A DNA stretch of 58,470 nt, filler included, from Sphacelaria rigidula (Eukaryota), in NCBI GenBank assembly GCA_964200075.2. It is 4 parts of 4 records of this genome, joined end to end, with 100 filler letters (N's around TTAATTAATTAA, not from the genome) between each part and the next. Parts side by side here need not be neighbours in the genome. Positions count along the whole stretch, not along the records: positions 1 to 14,543 come from CAXNAA020002188.1; 3 more parts are not named here. One strand, given 5' to 3'. The notes beneath the pieces were generated by a model. It searched no databases. It worked only from the letters and a program-made list of their open reading frames with translations, and was not told where the DNA came from. A program made the translations under genes and the position numbers. Of this stretch, positions 1-13,686 are shown piece by piece. The stretch's first letter is position 1, and each line of letters opens with the position of its first letter.

Positions 1-34
1 GGTTTTCTCTCCTCTTTTTTTCTTCAAAGAAAGT

Positions 35-158
35 GCGTCCGACGGGAATCGAACCATCGACTAACTTTTGTGACGGTTTGAGAGAATACCAACTAGACTG
101 ATGACCAAGTCAGCGCTGACTGGTCAGTAGTCTAGTTGGTAGTCTCTTAAACCGTCAC
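35..158. mobile_element. tRNA-like SINE head (minus, 35-107) mirrored by a partial plus-strand copy (122-158), forming a palindrome
   Basis: Minus strand reads GGTCATCAGTCTAGTTGGT...GGTTCGATTCCCGTCGGACGC (A-box and B-box); 70-158 is an imperfect palindrome centred on CAGC|GCTG. Confidence 0.6.
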
Positions 159-489
159 ACAACCTAGCTAACAGCTGTCGTTCAAGGCTAGGATTACCTC
201 AATAGGCTCACGGAATAGAGCAGTATTTGCTGTCGGTGACTATTATAGTACTGATTTCACGACAAGGGTGTATGACATCGAGATCTAGATGACTGGTCGG
301 CATGCGTCTAAGTTATCGAGTCCTTCTCAATACCGTGTCCTAAAAGTGAATGCCTGCTCCTGCAGAACGAATGGGCTAGAGCTACTGCTGATAAGATGCG
401 TCCCCGAATATCCAAGTCACAACCTCCTTTCACGACCTTGTTCAATTAGTTTGGTTTTTACTTCTTGTATGTATGCCTTCCTTCCCGGA

Positions 490-818
490 GGCCATCCGGT
501 AGGGGCCTGCCATTTGGTCTATAGTATCTTCTCTTAATATCGGCAAAAGCTCTGGAGTTTACCCTGGGGTCTTTTGTTTTCGTCGTCTCCTCCGTTCGTT
601 TTTTCATCGTCTTCGTTGTCGCTCCCATTTGATTGTTTTGCTGTCGTCATGAAAATGCTGTGTTCGTATTCTCCTGTCATCTCCATCTCCCCTTCCTCGA
701 GTCCCCTCCAGCGAGTGTTTTCGTATTCTTACCTATCAACAGGATAAGTATATGTTGTGACTAACCACGGCTGTACCCGTGGCGGATCACTTACTGCACG
801 ACAGTCAATCAATGAATC
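490..818 (+). mobile_element. Probable LINE 3' UTR fragment
   Basis: Pyrimidine-rich tract, then ACCACGGCTG...CGACA and a (TCAA)n-like tail, resembling the ends at about 26690 and 47190. Confidence 0.45.
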
Positions 819-1830
819 CGTCACTCTTGACTATGCCGTTCAGGAGTGTATCGCCAGTAGTTTCGAATTGAAATCCACAATTCCAAAGAATATGAGCGGC
901 AGCAACGGTGAAAGACAAAAAGGAGTACCTGTACTCGCATCCCCGCAGCCGGGTGGCCACAGACGACCCTGTCGCATTCGAACCCATAAAACTCGCCCCC
1001 TCCCTCAAATAGTGTTGATAAACTATGAGGGGTGGTTTGATCCCATGAGACCGCGGTCTCGTCCCGACGAAAGGATTATTAACGGTTCTATTTTTATTTC
1101 CCGCAATCTCTAAATTTCCCGGAAAATAAACGTTTTCTCCGAAAACTGTGAGAGCAGGTTCCTTGACCGCGTCAGGCAAAAGATAAGTTGAAGATTATTG
1201 ACAACATGATTCTCCGAAATACTGTCGTCGGATTATTTTTCAGCAATTTTTTTTCGGAGAAATCCGAGAAAGGTGCTTTTTTTCAAGAAAATTGAAGATT
1301 GTATGGAAAAATTGCCCTGTACGTGAGATTCCTCACAAGCATTACGAAAAGTACACATGAAATAGCAGATTGGCTACGGGCGTGCATCTTTGCAGTAAGG
1401 ATTTCTGTACACTGTTTTCCAGAGATGTCATTGGAAAAAGATATCATGATATGGTCAGAATGTGGTAGAGTTGGGGCGAATAAATTCACCAACAGCCCAC
1501 CGTTGCTTGTCATGAGACGGGTTTCGCGTTTTGCAGCAATGAATATTTGAGTGACACGTCACATCGTTTGCCAAATTATCGTTTATATGATCTGGATCAT
1601 GCATGGTACGTCCGGCGATGAGTATGAGTTGTACTTTTCGAACTGGTAGGCATGTGCTGAAGTTGATGTTTTGGACCTTGTGTCATGAGGGTAGTTGTTA
1701 ACCATCCCGTCTCTGTGTTGTGTTTTGAGTCACCACATATGTCCATGCGGCACCTCCACGTACAGATGTTGATACATGACTGTGTTCTGTGGTAGCTGTA
1801 CTTTGTGAGCGCAATGCCACGGCTACCAAT

Positions 1831-2118
1831 ATTTTCGTTTGATTGAGAGTAGAGCGCTGATTGAGAGTGGGTTTTATCATTCGCTCCAACTTGGCCAATT
1901 TTTTATTCCGCGTATGCTTTTCTTTACCTGTATCACTGGCGTGTGCTTACAGCTACACGTCGATATCCTGCTTAGGGATATCAAGGGCGTCAGTGGTGAG
2001 CTACTCCAGAAAGCATATCGGGTCTCGTGGAGGGGCACTTTGGAACTGAAACGATTCATTTACTAATTGACCGCTTCTCACTCTCAAGCGTATCCTCACG
2101 TCTCAATCTCACGAAATC
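1831..2118 (+). mobile_element. MITE family A, diverged copy
   Basis: Aligns along its length with 7046-7352 and 54947-55247; eroded TIRs GATTGAGAGTAGAG / TCTCAATCTCACGAAA. Confidence 0.8.
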
Positions 2119-3413
2119 GTCATTGGCTGTCATGCTGGCGCACTCGTGCGAAACTTGAAATTTGCACTGCAATGAAACAGAATAATCTTCTATATTCATT
2201 TTCCAGGTTCGTTGTTACAGTTGTACATCAATTTTTCAATGATTTTCGCTTCTCTCCCAACTTTGAGGTCCAGCTGCAGCGTGGGGAAAATCGTGAACAA
2301 AATCAAGTATACCTTACGGATTCGCAGTTATGACTATAGAGCTCTAGTAGTTGTCCTGTCGTCTCAGCCCACCAGATGACTCTTTAGGGTCGCATTGTTT
2401 CTTATACCGTGGCTGTTTTCCCCAAACGCCTCAGGTAAACCTACTCGTGACTATTCCCCTACATAAGACTAGGTGTGAAGTACCCTGCAAGCAGCAATAG
2501 CCATGCCACAGCATTTGACGCCCCGTCCACATACACCTGCCTCTAGAAATAGAAACGCAGACGCCGACGTGGGTAACGCTGCGCGATCAAAGCTACTTTC
2601 TCCCCTGCCGAGACAGATTTTCCAGGCGACGAAATTGTGCCGCGATTGCAAGCAGAACGTTGAGGACACCAGCATGATTTCAAAAACACGGAGGTTTTCG
2701 CTGTTCCCCAGAACCTGGAACAAAGACACGGCAAGCATCTATCTGCCCCCGAATCTCGTCCGCCAGCGGATCTGGTCCCCGAAATGAGGACCTTGGGAAA
2801 CAAATTGGATCTAGTCCTCACTGACGCTGCGCCTTGTGTTGTCCGAACAAACGTACCTTCCTATAGGATTGCTTCAGGGGATCTATCTTACTTCTGGTGA
2901 TATATCCGACTGCAGGTGATCTATCTAACTGCAGGTGGTCCAGCTACCGGTGATCGGGTCGTTGGGTCAAGTTTCGACCTAGATCATCCCATCGTGAGAG
3001 TCGATCTTCCTGACCCATTTCTACATGACGAGGCAAAAAGCAGCGAAGAGCAAAGCATGCACCGAAACGTAGATGTTGATTGGTCGCCGCGACATAACCC
3101 CACCTGGCAAGTGAAATCAACATGTTGCCTTTGGACGCTTGTTTTTTTTCCGCTGCTTGTCCTGGTCCCCTGAAGACACATCCTCATGACGGCCCTGGAC
3201 ACCCTCATCGAGCGCGTTCCGGCATGCACCTGAAAGTACCCCCCTGGCCACGTGTTGTATGGAAGCGCATATCCTTCACTGCAGAATTTTGGGAGTCCCG
3301 CGAGGTTTAACATTGAACGATGAGCCACATCCCGTGCTGATAGAATCTCGAAATAGTCATACCAAAGGAAGCCACAGGGACCGTTTTCACATGAAGATTG
3401 GCCAAATCCTGAA

Positions 3414-3446
<33 letters not shown>

Positions 3447-6400
3447 TCCACAAATGATGGGTACATTGGGAGTCACAACACTCTGTACCCACCGGAAGTT
3501 CGGCTGGTGGTATCCTGGGGCATGACAGATAATTCGAGATTTCTCTCTACGACGTGGCAACCTCGACGGGCAAACCAGCCAACATCTGCAACATGTTGCT
3601 ACATTCATGACTCCATGCTGACATAGGACCGTCAATCGTCATGGTAGATGTTCATGAAAACCAAGACCTATACTGCCGACACCCTAAGCCTACAATCATC
3701 ATTAGGAGGCAATGATACCGCATTATATCATATTTTGGGGTTCTGCAACATCAAACCTCGTGCAAGACCACGGTTGATTTCGACGACTCGTCGATCCGAA
3801 ACGAAACGTATGATTTTCTTCAGATATTAAAACCATAAACTCTCACCCCTATCCTAGCTTGCTATACAACTCCGCCGTCCCTGTGGGTATGCTGCTAGAC
3901 TGATGGTAGTCTTAACCCTCATGCACATTTGCCCAGCAACGAAACCTTAGTAACAGGATGCAGAGTATTTCCCGGGTGAACAGTGGCACACCTTGTCCCA
4001 CGTTCTGCACAGTTCCCAACTCCCTAGTCTACTGGTGCTTACAACGGACTTCAAGTTGTAGCTGAACGTTATTGACGTTTTCTCATGCTTCACGCACGAT
4101 TTGTTGAACGGAAAAGCCGTGGTATGTCGGGAAACGTATCTGACGTTGAATACAAGTCTTATCAAACAGATCGGTGGAGATACGTTCCCAGCGAGTCTAA
4201 GGCCTGTTGCGACCCAAACCTATTTCTGCAAAACATGCATCTAATAGCATATTGCACGAAACACCAGCACTGCAAGGCAACCTGCGAATATGTACATATG
4301 TCCATGGTATAAAATGCATCAATTACCATTCGCTGTCTCACTCTTCGCCAATGGAGATGAGGCGAATGCTGTCGAGCACTTGCGATCATTGGCCAAGGTC
4401 GGCTACTGTAACGCTTGCGGCAGCGACGTACTAACTCAAATCCTGCGTCAGTGTTGACCGGCGAATATTGCCAACGGCGTGCGTGGCGCAGCCCGTAATG
4501 CAGACTACGCGTCAATTCATTTGTAGTCCATATTCAGTTGAGAATGCCCGAATCCCATGACGAACTCTGTGCAGGTTCTCCTTCCACTGAGATACCAAAA
4601 TAATGAGCGGCGTGCCCAGGGTTCAAGTCGCGGCCAAAGAGATTTTCGGCAGTGTCCGTACAGATCGGCGGGGGGCCCTCGTCTAGCAGACGAACATGAG
4701 ATCATGAATTGACATGAACACCCCTGGATTGGAGTAGCTGAACTTCCCCATATCCTTCCGTGCGATCATCAGCACCACGCTGTCAATGGCAGCCTGATAT
4801 GGAAAGTGATCGAAGTCGCACGGATAGCACGCCGCAGATATAATGCGTTGAAAGAGGGAAATCATCATGTATCACACGGTCCTACTAGAAGAAGAAGAAT
4901 GCTAAGACGATGCGACATTTCGAAACTAGGGTGAAGTTGGTGCGTACAGTGATACGAGCACGCTCGTGCATACCAACATTTGTTATGTCCCTACAGCCTC
5001 GTATGAACGTTCATGGGTTACTTCCGGTTTCACGGTATTGGGTTGAGAGCAGACGGCTGAAGAATCCATCAATACCCGACAGTCATTGCGTGCAGGTTTG
5101 CCGCGCAGTTCTAATCTGTCAGCTGATCGAATGCTTCTAAACCAGTTTTGTTTTGATCCATCCATTCGCTTGTGATGGGCTACTCCCCAGCTGAGCGATG
5201 TCACGTCAGACAATGACTGAGCGGACACATTTGTTTCTTCGATCACGATCAAGTTCCACATCTTTTCCCTCGTCGGATATCATCAACTACCTTCCCCTCG
5301 GATTGACCGAAAAATACGAAACGTTCAATAGATGCCGCCCGAACCAACTTCAAATCCTTACTTTTCACGACAAAGTACGTATCATATCAATTTTTCCAGT
5401 AGGGCAACGCCCGGTGCGAAGTCACAGGAATCTCAATGTTCTTGGACAAAACAAAATAGAAGCATGGTTTGGTTTTGATGGATGTCTGATTCTTCAATTT
5501 CCTTAGATGATGCCGAAGTCAAAAACTAGGCATAGCATTTCGCTCCCACGAAAAAAGATTTCACCGTTCACGGGGAATCCATTTCGACTAAAATTATCCG
5601 CAGATACAGCTGAAAAACGCCGACAATTCCGGAAATGGAATAAATCATAGGATCTGATATTGACCTATACTTCGCTAACCGTATAACCTTTTTGCGTTCT
5701 CTCAGGATCGCGTGTCTTGGAAGATATAGGGGGCCGTAGTAAAGTACTCACCACCAGGGTATGACAGTAAGCGTTGTCCTCCTCGGGGTCCACGAGGGTT
5801 CCCACTCGCCCGATCAGCGAACCCTGAGAGCGCGCACGGTTTCCATATACAAACATCCAGCGATACAAAAAGCGAGGAACGTTCCACGGGAGGAGGGAAC
5901 CGAGAGTGAGCAGACCACTTGTTCTTCCATTTTCGTCGTGGTTTCCGCTCATCCTTGATCAACCCGTTCTTGACGCCCTTGACGTGTTTTGACTTCGAAA
6001 ACGCAAAAGTCGTCCCGACTGGACACAGTTATTTTTCTCTAGGCTGAATACATCTCTGGATCTGACTGGGATCTGCGCACGACAGAAGGCATCTCGTGCT
6101 TGAGTCGGATGCCGCGGAGTTCCCGGTTGGGTTCACTTCGGGTTGGTCTGAGGATCAAGGTTGCTTGTCAGGGTATTACGCTTCGGATCGGAAATCTTCC
6201 CGACGGGCAACGAGTACAGTGCGGGTGAAACATGGTACTGTTACCAGGGTGTGGAACACATCTGCGGGATAGGAGTAGTGGTTGGTCGATGCATGGATTA
6301 AAACTTAGTGTTGTATCTGGTGTCGGGATGAGCGCACCGGCAAGAAGTACTCCGGACACAACACTCGTCGAAGCCGCTCCCCAGGCTCCAACCTTCGCCC

Positions 6401-7045
6401 CGTCTGCGGATACGACCCGTTCATCAATTTTCGTTTCCCTGCCAACGGAGACACCGATCGATTTCAGAAGATCTTCACGAGAAAAGCGTTTGACGTTTGA
6501 CGTAACGTTAGGGTTATTCGGCCGGCCGTCGCGTTGTTACTTGCCTTCCTGAGAGAAAGGAGCAAGTCGTGATCAAAGTCAACCAATCACACCGCAGCAA
6601 GAGAGAAACGTCAGGTCTCAGAACGAGTTGGTTATTTTCAGGCTTCATGTAACAGGGGGGAACAGTAACGGCAAGTCAAGAACATGAGGCAGGGTGTGGT
6701 TTAGTTTCGAGGCTAGACCTATGGTCAAGGCCAGGATTTTGCGTTTCATGGTGAGTGGCACTGGAGCTAGGGTTATTGTGCTGTTCGATTCAGGCTGGGG
6801 TTGAGGCTCAGTCGCCCAACAAAGTTGGGTGTAAGACAACCAAAAGCGAAAATCAAATTTACCGACCAAAATATGATGATAAACAAACGGTAGCGTCGTT
6901 CGAGCGAAGAATTTTTGATCGGAGACCAAACTCCATGACACGTCCGTTTTCTCCCTGGATTATGAGACCTATGCAGCATACGAGTACGGAAAATGACCGC
7001 TATTATACATGGACTCGATTTCGAAAGCAGGGTAGAAAACAGTTG

Positions 7046-7352
7046 AAACAACGTTTTCGTGAGATTGAGAGTAGAGCTCTGATTGAGAGTGGCTTTGATA
7101 ATTCGCTTCAAGTCAGCCAATTTTTTATTCCGTGTCTGCAATTCTTTGCCTCGATAACTCGCGTGTACTTGCAGCTACACGTCGACACCCTACTCAGGGA
7201 TATCAAGGGCGTCAGTGGCCAGCTATTACAGAATACATATTGGGCCTCTTGGAGAGGCACTTCGGAACTGAAACGATTCCTCCACAATCACAATTGACCG
7301 CTTTTCACTTTTAATCGTATCCTCTACTCTCAATCTCACGAAAACATTGTTT
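7046..7352 (+). mobile_element. MITE family A, about 307 bp
   Basis: About 31-bp TIRs AAACAACGTTTTCGTGAGATTGAGAGTAGAG / CTCTACTCTCAATCTCACGAAAACATTGTTT; three full copies and one partial copy in the window. Confidence 0.88.
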
Positions 7353-9706
7353 TTATCGGATTTTGATCGATTTGATTGTCTCACATTAACCGACCCCCGA
7401 GAGGTCCAGTCGTAGATGTGCTCAAGGAAAATAAAAACGGGACCAGTCGCGGGGGCTTGAGAAAGGGAAGAGAGAAATAACGAGTTCTGTATGAGATAAC
7501 CGAGTTTTGAAACAAAAAAGTGGACTTTCGTCTGTTTTTTCGCGCTATACTGGGGCTCATTTGACGGCTACACCACAAACTGACAGTGCAGATACACCAG
7601 ACGATATCGAAAAAAGCGCGATGGAAACCAACGCTGTCGCACCAAGCTACGTTTATTTTGGTTACCATTTTTGCAGACTCTAGCGGGTTTGGAAGTATCT
7701 TCTGAGCAGGTTCCTCGCCTAACATTGAGTATCAGTCAAGGATGAGGATGAGCCCGACGTGCATCTCAGATCTGCGACCCCAAAAAATACTGCTGAGGCG
7801 ACGAGTTGTGTCATTTTGTTCGTCGTTTCAGTGCATCTAGAAGGGTTACAAGCGTTTCTGGAATAATTTATCATAACTTTGGTGTGGAAGGTGCTGTAAC
7901 TTCGTTGGTTCGCTGAAAGTTTCAGAACGCGTCAGTGCATATGAACCCCGTGGGCAAGGGTGTCATGTTGTCATATCTACTCTCCGAGGAGAAACATGTG
8001 ATCTCGAGTGGTGCTCAACTATCTGACTCTTCAGTATGTTGATGTAGCAGCTCAGTTCCATAGTTTCAACTCCAAGCGTCCATATCTCGTAAACAGCTCC
8101 CCAGGAAATTTCGAAGGCCAAAACGTTGGAATCTGGTGTCGTGTTGCGTTCCCTGAAGCAATCGGTTCTGGGTGATACTTCTGGGAAACGGTTCCAGAAT
8201 ATATTCAAACGCAGACACCCTGCTTTCTGGGCGGTGTTATCTTCGGTTCATTCCGTACGAGTACAGCACGGTTCTGTGCATGGTGAGCCATGCCAAACTC
8301 AAATAAAAATTAATCATTTGCTTTTCCGACAATACCGAGTCTCTGTTGCCATCGCGTGAGTCCCGCAGCGTGCTTCTAAAGCATGATCCGTGTTTTCGAA
8401 ACCCGGTCTAAGTACCAAAAGCAACGGGGAAACGTAGAGTGAGCACATCCACGATATTTTCGCGCAGGGTGCATCAAGTCTCTTGTACTCACTATATACC
8501 TCCACAGTACGCGACTCGTGTGGGAATTGTTCCCCCCTGAGCTATTAATCGCGTTGCGCTGTGTATCTAGCACGGAGCCTTCAGGGGTTGATAAAACTGC
8601 TAAGGTGCATTTGAGAGAGCATGTTGACATTTACCATCATGCTAACAATTGAGTCAGTTTCGTGTGACGTCCTTGTGACTAATTCGTGAGCCCACATCAA
8701 CTAAGCTGTCTGAAGCTACAAGAACACCCGGGGTTTCCACATGGTCGACAACGTCGAAGTCGTTCGTGAACTTAGCCAGAGCGTCGAAAGGGCTGTGTCA
8801 TCTTTCTGGCCTCCAGTAGCTATCGAGATAATGGTCGATGCGTTCGAAACGCATAAATGCTGGCGTTCTAGTATCATCCGATTCTTTGATGCACAGAGAA
8901 GAACGTTTCAAGAAGACTTCTCTTCACTCTGTGTGCGACAGCAAAAAGCTCAGCATTGTCTCTTTCATAGCGTTGGTATGGCGTTATATATATGTATATA
9001 TATATATACTTCCTCTGAGACACAAGTTAGCTCGATTACGTTTACACGGGTCCTTGACCGTGTCCGATCTGATTTTCGATGCTTTTACTGCATTCGTTGG
9101 CGTTTTTTTAGCTGAAAGCAACACTATTTCTACAACGTGGGTGCTCGACGCGTGCAGTCTCGCGGTCGAGAAAAAGTAGGTCGGCCAAGAAACGGCAATT
9201 TTTCGCTTTTTTTCCCAGTAAGCATGGGGGATCCGGTAACACGAAAAATCGCGAAAAACTGTGAAAAAAAGGTGAACATCGCAAAATGACCATTGATTTT
9301 GGATATCTCCGTGACGTCAACCTACGCACGCCCCGTGAAACATGTTTCCAACATGTAATCGCTAGTGTTTGACGTAAAAATGTCCAAAATCGGTCAATAT
9401 TGGGGTATACGTGGATCAAAAATGGACCAAAATGGGCATATTTTGACGTCATTTTAGTATGGATCACTATCTTTTTTCTCATTTTTTTTTGCATCAGCTT
9501 CATTGTCGCTTCATCTTTCCAACGAACCCAACCATAAGATGATCCGAAGAGTTTGAAATACGCAAATCGAAAGCACATAACCGACCAGACTTATGTTTCA
9601 GAGGAAATATGCAACAGGAGAAACTCAATCTCTCGTGACATGAACATTACAAGAGGAGGAGACACAAACGTCTGGTAGCAGAGGCATTCGGTCGATTTGT
9701 ACTTAC

Positions 9707-9809
9707 CGTCTTCCAGAACAAATTTTAATCGCCCCTTCGCAACGATAATTACTCGAGTCACCAGGCTGCCTTTCTCCCATACCACCTCTCCAGCATTTAG
9801 GTGCTTCAG
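9707..9809 (-). CDS. Exon of cyclic-nucleotide-binding (cNMP) domain protein: LKHLNAGEVVWEKGSLVTRVIIVAKGRLKFVLED
   Basis: Polypyrimidine tract plus CAG acceptor, G|GTAAGT donor; matches the GE-x-x-x-x-x-G...iv-x-x-G-x-l start of a cNMP beta-barrel. Confidence 0.78.
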
Positions 9810-10524
9810 CTGAGATAATAAGAAAAAAAGAAAGGAGGAGAAGCACAAAAAGGCCGCCAAAACCAATACCAGCACATATGCATACTTTTGTGTCAGAAGC
9901 GACAATGCCTTCAAGAGGTGTGTCAGATACAGGTTCTATCAAGCTCAGTTCCTCACACTACTCCTTTGTGAAGGAGATGAGGTATTGTACGAGGAATCGT
10001 CGCAACTGACTCGTTCACCGCCGAAATGGATCCACGTTAAGCGAGTCATAAACCGTGATACGGTAGTTACTCAGTTGACTCATGTAGCAAAACAAATATT
10101 AATTCGGGGTACGAACGTCGATTTTGCCGTTCATTTAATGTCACCGACTCGACAACTGGCTGTGCAGCACACAGGGTTCCTGGTGTATAACGTGTGTGCG
10201 CACAAGTATGTACCCTGAAAGGTTCACGCTCAATACGATACGGGAGTCCGTCCCCTGCTACATACAGCATGAGGTTTTCCATGGGGAGAAAGCGGGTTTC
10301 AGTCTTTTGACTCGAAGAGAGCGATCCAGTCTACGAAATCGGGCTGAACACTCTCGGACCTGTACTCATCCCGTTGCGAAGAATATTGATTGATTGTCGT
10401 ACATTCTTTGATGCCCTGGAAATCCAGCCTCGGTCACAAGATATGCGTACCCAAGGTGAACGAAACACAAGAACCCTCGCAAAAGGAAGCGTTTTTTTGC
10501 ATAAATATCCTCGAAATTTCTTGT

Positions 10525-10628
10525 GGGGTGTGTACTCATGATCATGCATGCCATAGTCATGAGGCCATTGACCTCGCATCCCTACAAAGCCGGGACGGAG
10601 CACACCGGGTTTTCGCCGGACCAGGCTC
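10525..10628 (+). mobile_element. Fragment of interspersed repeat family B (GGGGTGTACTCATGATC...)
   Basis: Matches 28284-28382, 29287-29362 (minus) and 37342-37385. Confidence 0.75.
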
Positions 10629-10913
10629 AAAATTCCTGGTGGGGTCACGAAACAGGATTTTGGAACTCAGCGCAAGATGAGTGTTCTCAAAGGAAAGAGC
10701 CGCTCATGGGGCGGCTGAAACCACAGCAACAGAAGTACCGGGCAGCCTACAGGATTTGTTTGCCTGGTCGGTTTCACTGAGAACCTGGCTCATCTAGAAG
10801 ATATAATGGTTGTTCCTCCATAGTAGTACGTGACTTCGGGATCCGGTTTCAATATATATATTTTCCAGCGGTGTCCGTACGACCGCAGCAACGGCACTGC
10901 ACGTGGTGCTTGC

Positions 10914-11069
10914 CTCGGTAATGCTCTCAAGCAAGAGCATCTGTTTTCGGCTAAGGGCAGACAGGACGGAATTGTGCACCAGCAGGCGATCCACTCGGTA
11001 TTTATCCTCCAGTATTCGCTTCTCTAACCCCACCACCTGCTCCAGATCCCTGCCGCTGAACAGCAACAC
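10914..11069 (-). CDS. Exon of cNMP-domain protein: VLLFSGRDLEQVVGLEKRILEDKYRVDRLLVHNSVLSALSRKQMLLLESITE
   Basis: AAG acceptor, GAG|GCAAGC (GC) donor; 156 bp, phase 0 at both ends, in frame with both neighbouring exons; links two tandem cNMP domains. Confidence 0.72.
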
Positions 11070-11169
11070 CTTGCACCATTCGACAAAAGCAAGGGGGAGG
11101 GTGAGGGGGGGGGAGGGGGGGGGCGTACTCATTTGTTGCTTGCCTTAGTCATTTGACCATTGACCACGA

Positions 11170-11340
11170 ACCCCTTCCGAGACGGAGCACCGTTCCTACT
11201 CCTAATAGATACACCTTTAACATTCTGGCGCTCATTAAGTTTCTTCCATACATTGCACAAAACCTTTTACATATCTTATCCCTTTCCTGTTTCGCCGTCT
11301 GTGGGGGGCGCGTAGTTTTCTTCTGCACACCGTAGCCGCT
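11170..11340 (+). repeat. Interspersed repeat shared with 57370-57530 (opposite strand)
   Basis: CGAGACGGAGCACCGTTCCTACTCCTAATAGA...CATTCTGGCGCTCATTA present in both. Confidence 0.75.
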
Positions 11341-13686
11341 CAAGTTTACTACAGTGCGCTCGCCCTCCAGACATTCGACCCCTATCCTCGATAAAGAGCA
11401 ATTGACAAGGACCAAACACTTTGTCCTACTCCCGTGTGCCGGGGGGTCGCGAATCATTGTGGATACTCTCTTTTTTATGAGGAATGTTTCGAAGGAGCCA
11501 ATAGCACGAGTCATTCAGCACCAGTTTGAAACCACTGTGACGAAAGTACCGGGTAACGTGCAGCACCGTCTCCACACTTTTAGTCAGAGAATTTCTCTCA
11601 CCGCCCCCCAAGTAATCTGCATCGCGAGTGGAAGAGCAAATAAGAAAAATGGTGACTGTCGCCCTTTCCCCTGTAACCTTCTCTACGCAACCCAAGAATA
11701 ACGGGGAAGCCAGTCACACCTACCGTTACAACACATGTTATACTCGAATTCCACGTACGTCTAGCCGGAGCGGGCCACATTCTAGATTGCCTCGGTTCAG
11801 TCTTGTTTTTTTCTCAATTTTTGTGGACGAGGTGGGGGTACTCGGGGTGTCTTCATGACTTAGCCTTTAGGATTTACCCGCGCGCCAACCGGCGACCGGA
11901 GTGCAAGGCGAAACGACAATCACTGACCCGCCGAGTAAAGGTCAACTTCATGGCTTAGTGCCCGACGTGCTATTCAACAAACCCTAATTCCAGACGCCCG
12001 GTATACCATATCCGCGATCCAGCCATTCGGCCCAGAATCACTCTACGGGATTTCTGTCCCTCAAATCATTACGGCTCTCGGTTCTCACTCAAGTTGCCAA
12101 GCAACATTTTCGTGCCAATTCTCGCTCGCTATATTTTTTCTCGTATTAAGAGAAGGGCGGCGAATGCGCTCGCGATGTAGCTCAGCTCTGGTTGTGCTCG
12201 CCAACGCTAATGTGCTACCCTCTCCAACAAAACCTATTTTCCTTGGTTCGGGTGCCTCCCCATAATCTTGGCCGGGTTTTCGGTTCGGAAAGATAGCGTG
12301 CGAGACCAGGCACGAAAGTCGCACTTAGTACCTCAAGGTAGGACTAAGAACAGCACCGATCTCAAGGGCAGAAACCCTCGAGTAGTGTTCCACCTTCACT
12401 ATCTACACCGTGGACCTGAGAAAAGATTTACTTAGCGCGTGTTAGAAAACGCGGCAACCACTGAGCCAAACACTCAGCAGGCTAAGCTACGTAGCAGATA
12501 ATCGTTTTCCACCTGTTGCCCGATCAGTCCCGGGTAGATCGGCCAATCTTTTTCTAAGTGATCGCGCACCCCGTCGTCTACGATAATGATTCGATGGGTG
12601 AAAGCGAGGGTTCGATTTCCTGGACTCGCAACTGTTGTCCCCAGACTTCGAGACGTTAGTACGTGGAAGAATAGCCTGCGGAAGCGCAGAAAGTTCCCGG
12701 AAAAGTATGTCGCCGTTAACACCGACCCCGGCAAGCGGGCGGAAGTGCTGTATCCACGGTGCGATACTACACAAGAGGCACCGACGCATTCCACTCTCAG
12801 TCTTCCGAACCCTGGGTGACCACTTGTGAGGCTAGGGCTCATGGGGGTGGGGAGCAGGACAGAAACAATCTCCGGGCAGATCTCGTCTCTTTATCATGCT
12901 TTTCAGGGTCCCGCTGTAAGCGCACCACTGATCGATCGTTCGATTGATCAGTGCTCATATTGTCGCACACACCCCTCACCGCGAGTGCTGTTGAAATAGT
13001 GTTACCACGGGTAAACCTTTGACTGGTCACATTGATATCCGAGATATCGGGCGGTTTGGCCTCTAAACACAGCACACCGTACGCCTTGCATCTCCGAATC
13101 AACCGCTGGTCCTAATGACTCATGTCCAGGACGTGTGCCTTGTGTTTGAATCAACCGTCCGGATCTGCCCCGGGCACACCGCCCCGGTGGTCCAATGGTC
13201 CGGCTGTCACCGTCAGGGTGAAGAGAACGGGAGTTCGATTCCCGATGCGTTGCGTTTTTGTCTTCGATTCTCCCCTCGAAAGCGTGAGTTCGTGAGTAAA
13301 ACAAAAAGTAGCTGACTGAGTTTGTTTGACGAGAGTTGGCGAGGGTGCGGGAGTGCTAACCCGGCCCGCGAGACCAAAATGCAAGGCGTCTACCGGGACG
13401 GACGGATTGATCCCTTGAGACCACTGACTCGTCTCGAGGAAGGGAAGGGGTTCAAAAGTGCGACAAATAAGTAAAAAATAAATGCACTAGATCTAAACGA
13501 GGTACCTACGCATTGTCGTCCACGAACTGGCGGAAGCCCACCTCGAATACCACCCAGATGACACCCCTTTGGTTGCCATCCAGAATTGGACGGTGGACCA
13601 AATCCTACTGCTGCACGGTACATACGGAGAGCGAATTTGCCACATCGTGCAGGTGATGTTGAGCGTTTTCGGCAACGGTGTCTCAC

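Noticed and set aside
3450..6550. Copia or gypsy remnant on the minus strand (RTWDKV, IYHDD, PHCTRC fragments)
   Set aside because: Motif echoes are too short and frame-broken, and no LTRs were seen; needs a profile search.
6755..7297. 180-aa ORF with paralogous ORFs at 1839 and 54677-55172
   Set aside because: The similarity comes from non-coding MITE family A; frames are not conserved between copies.
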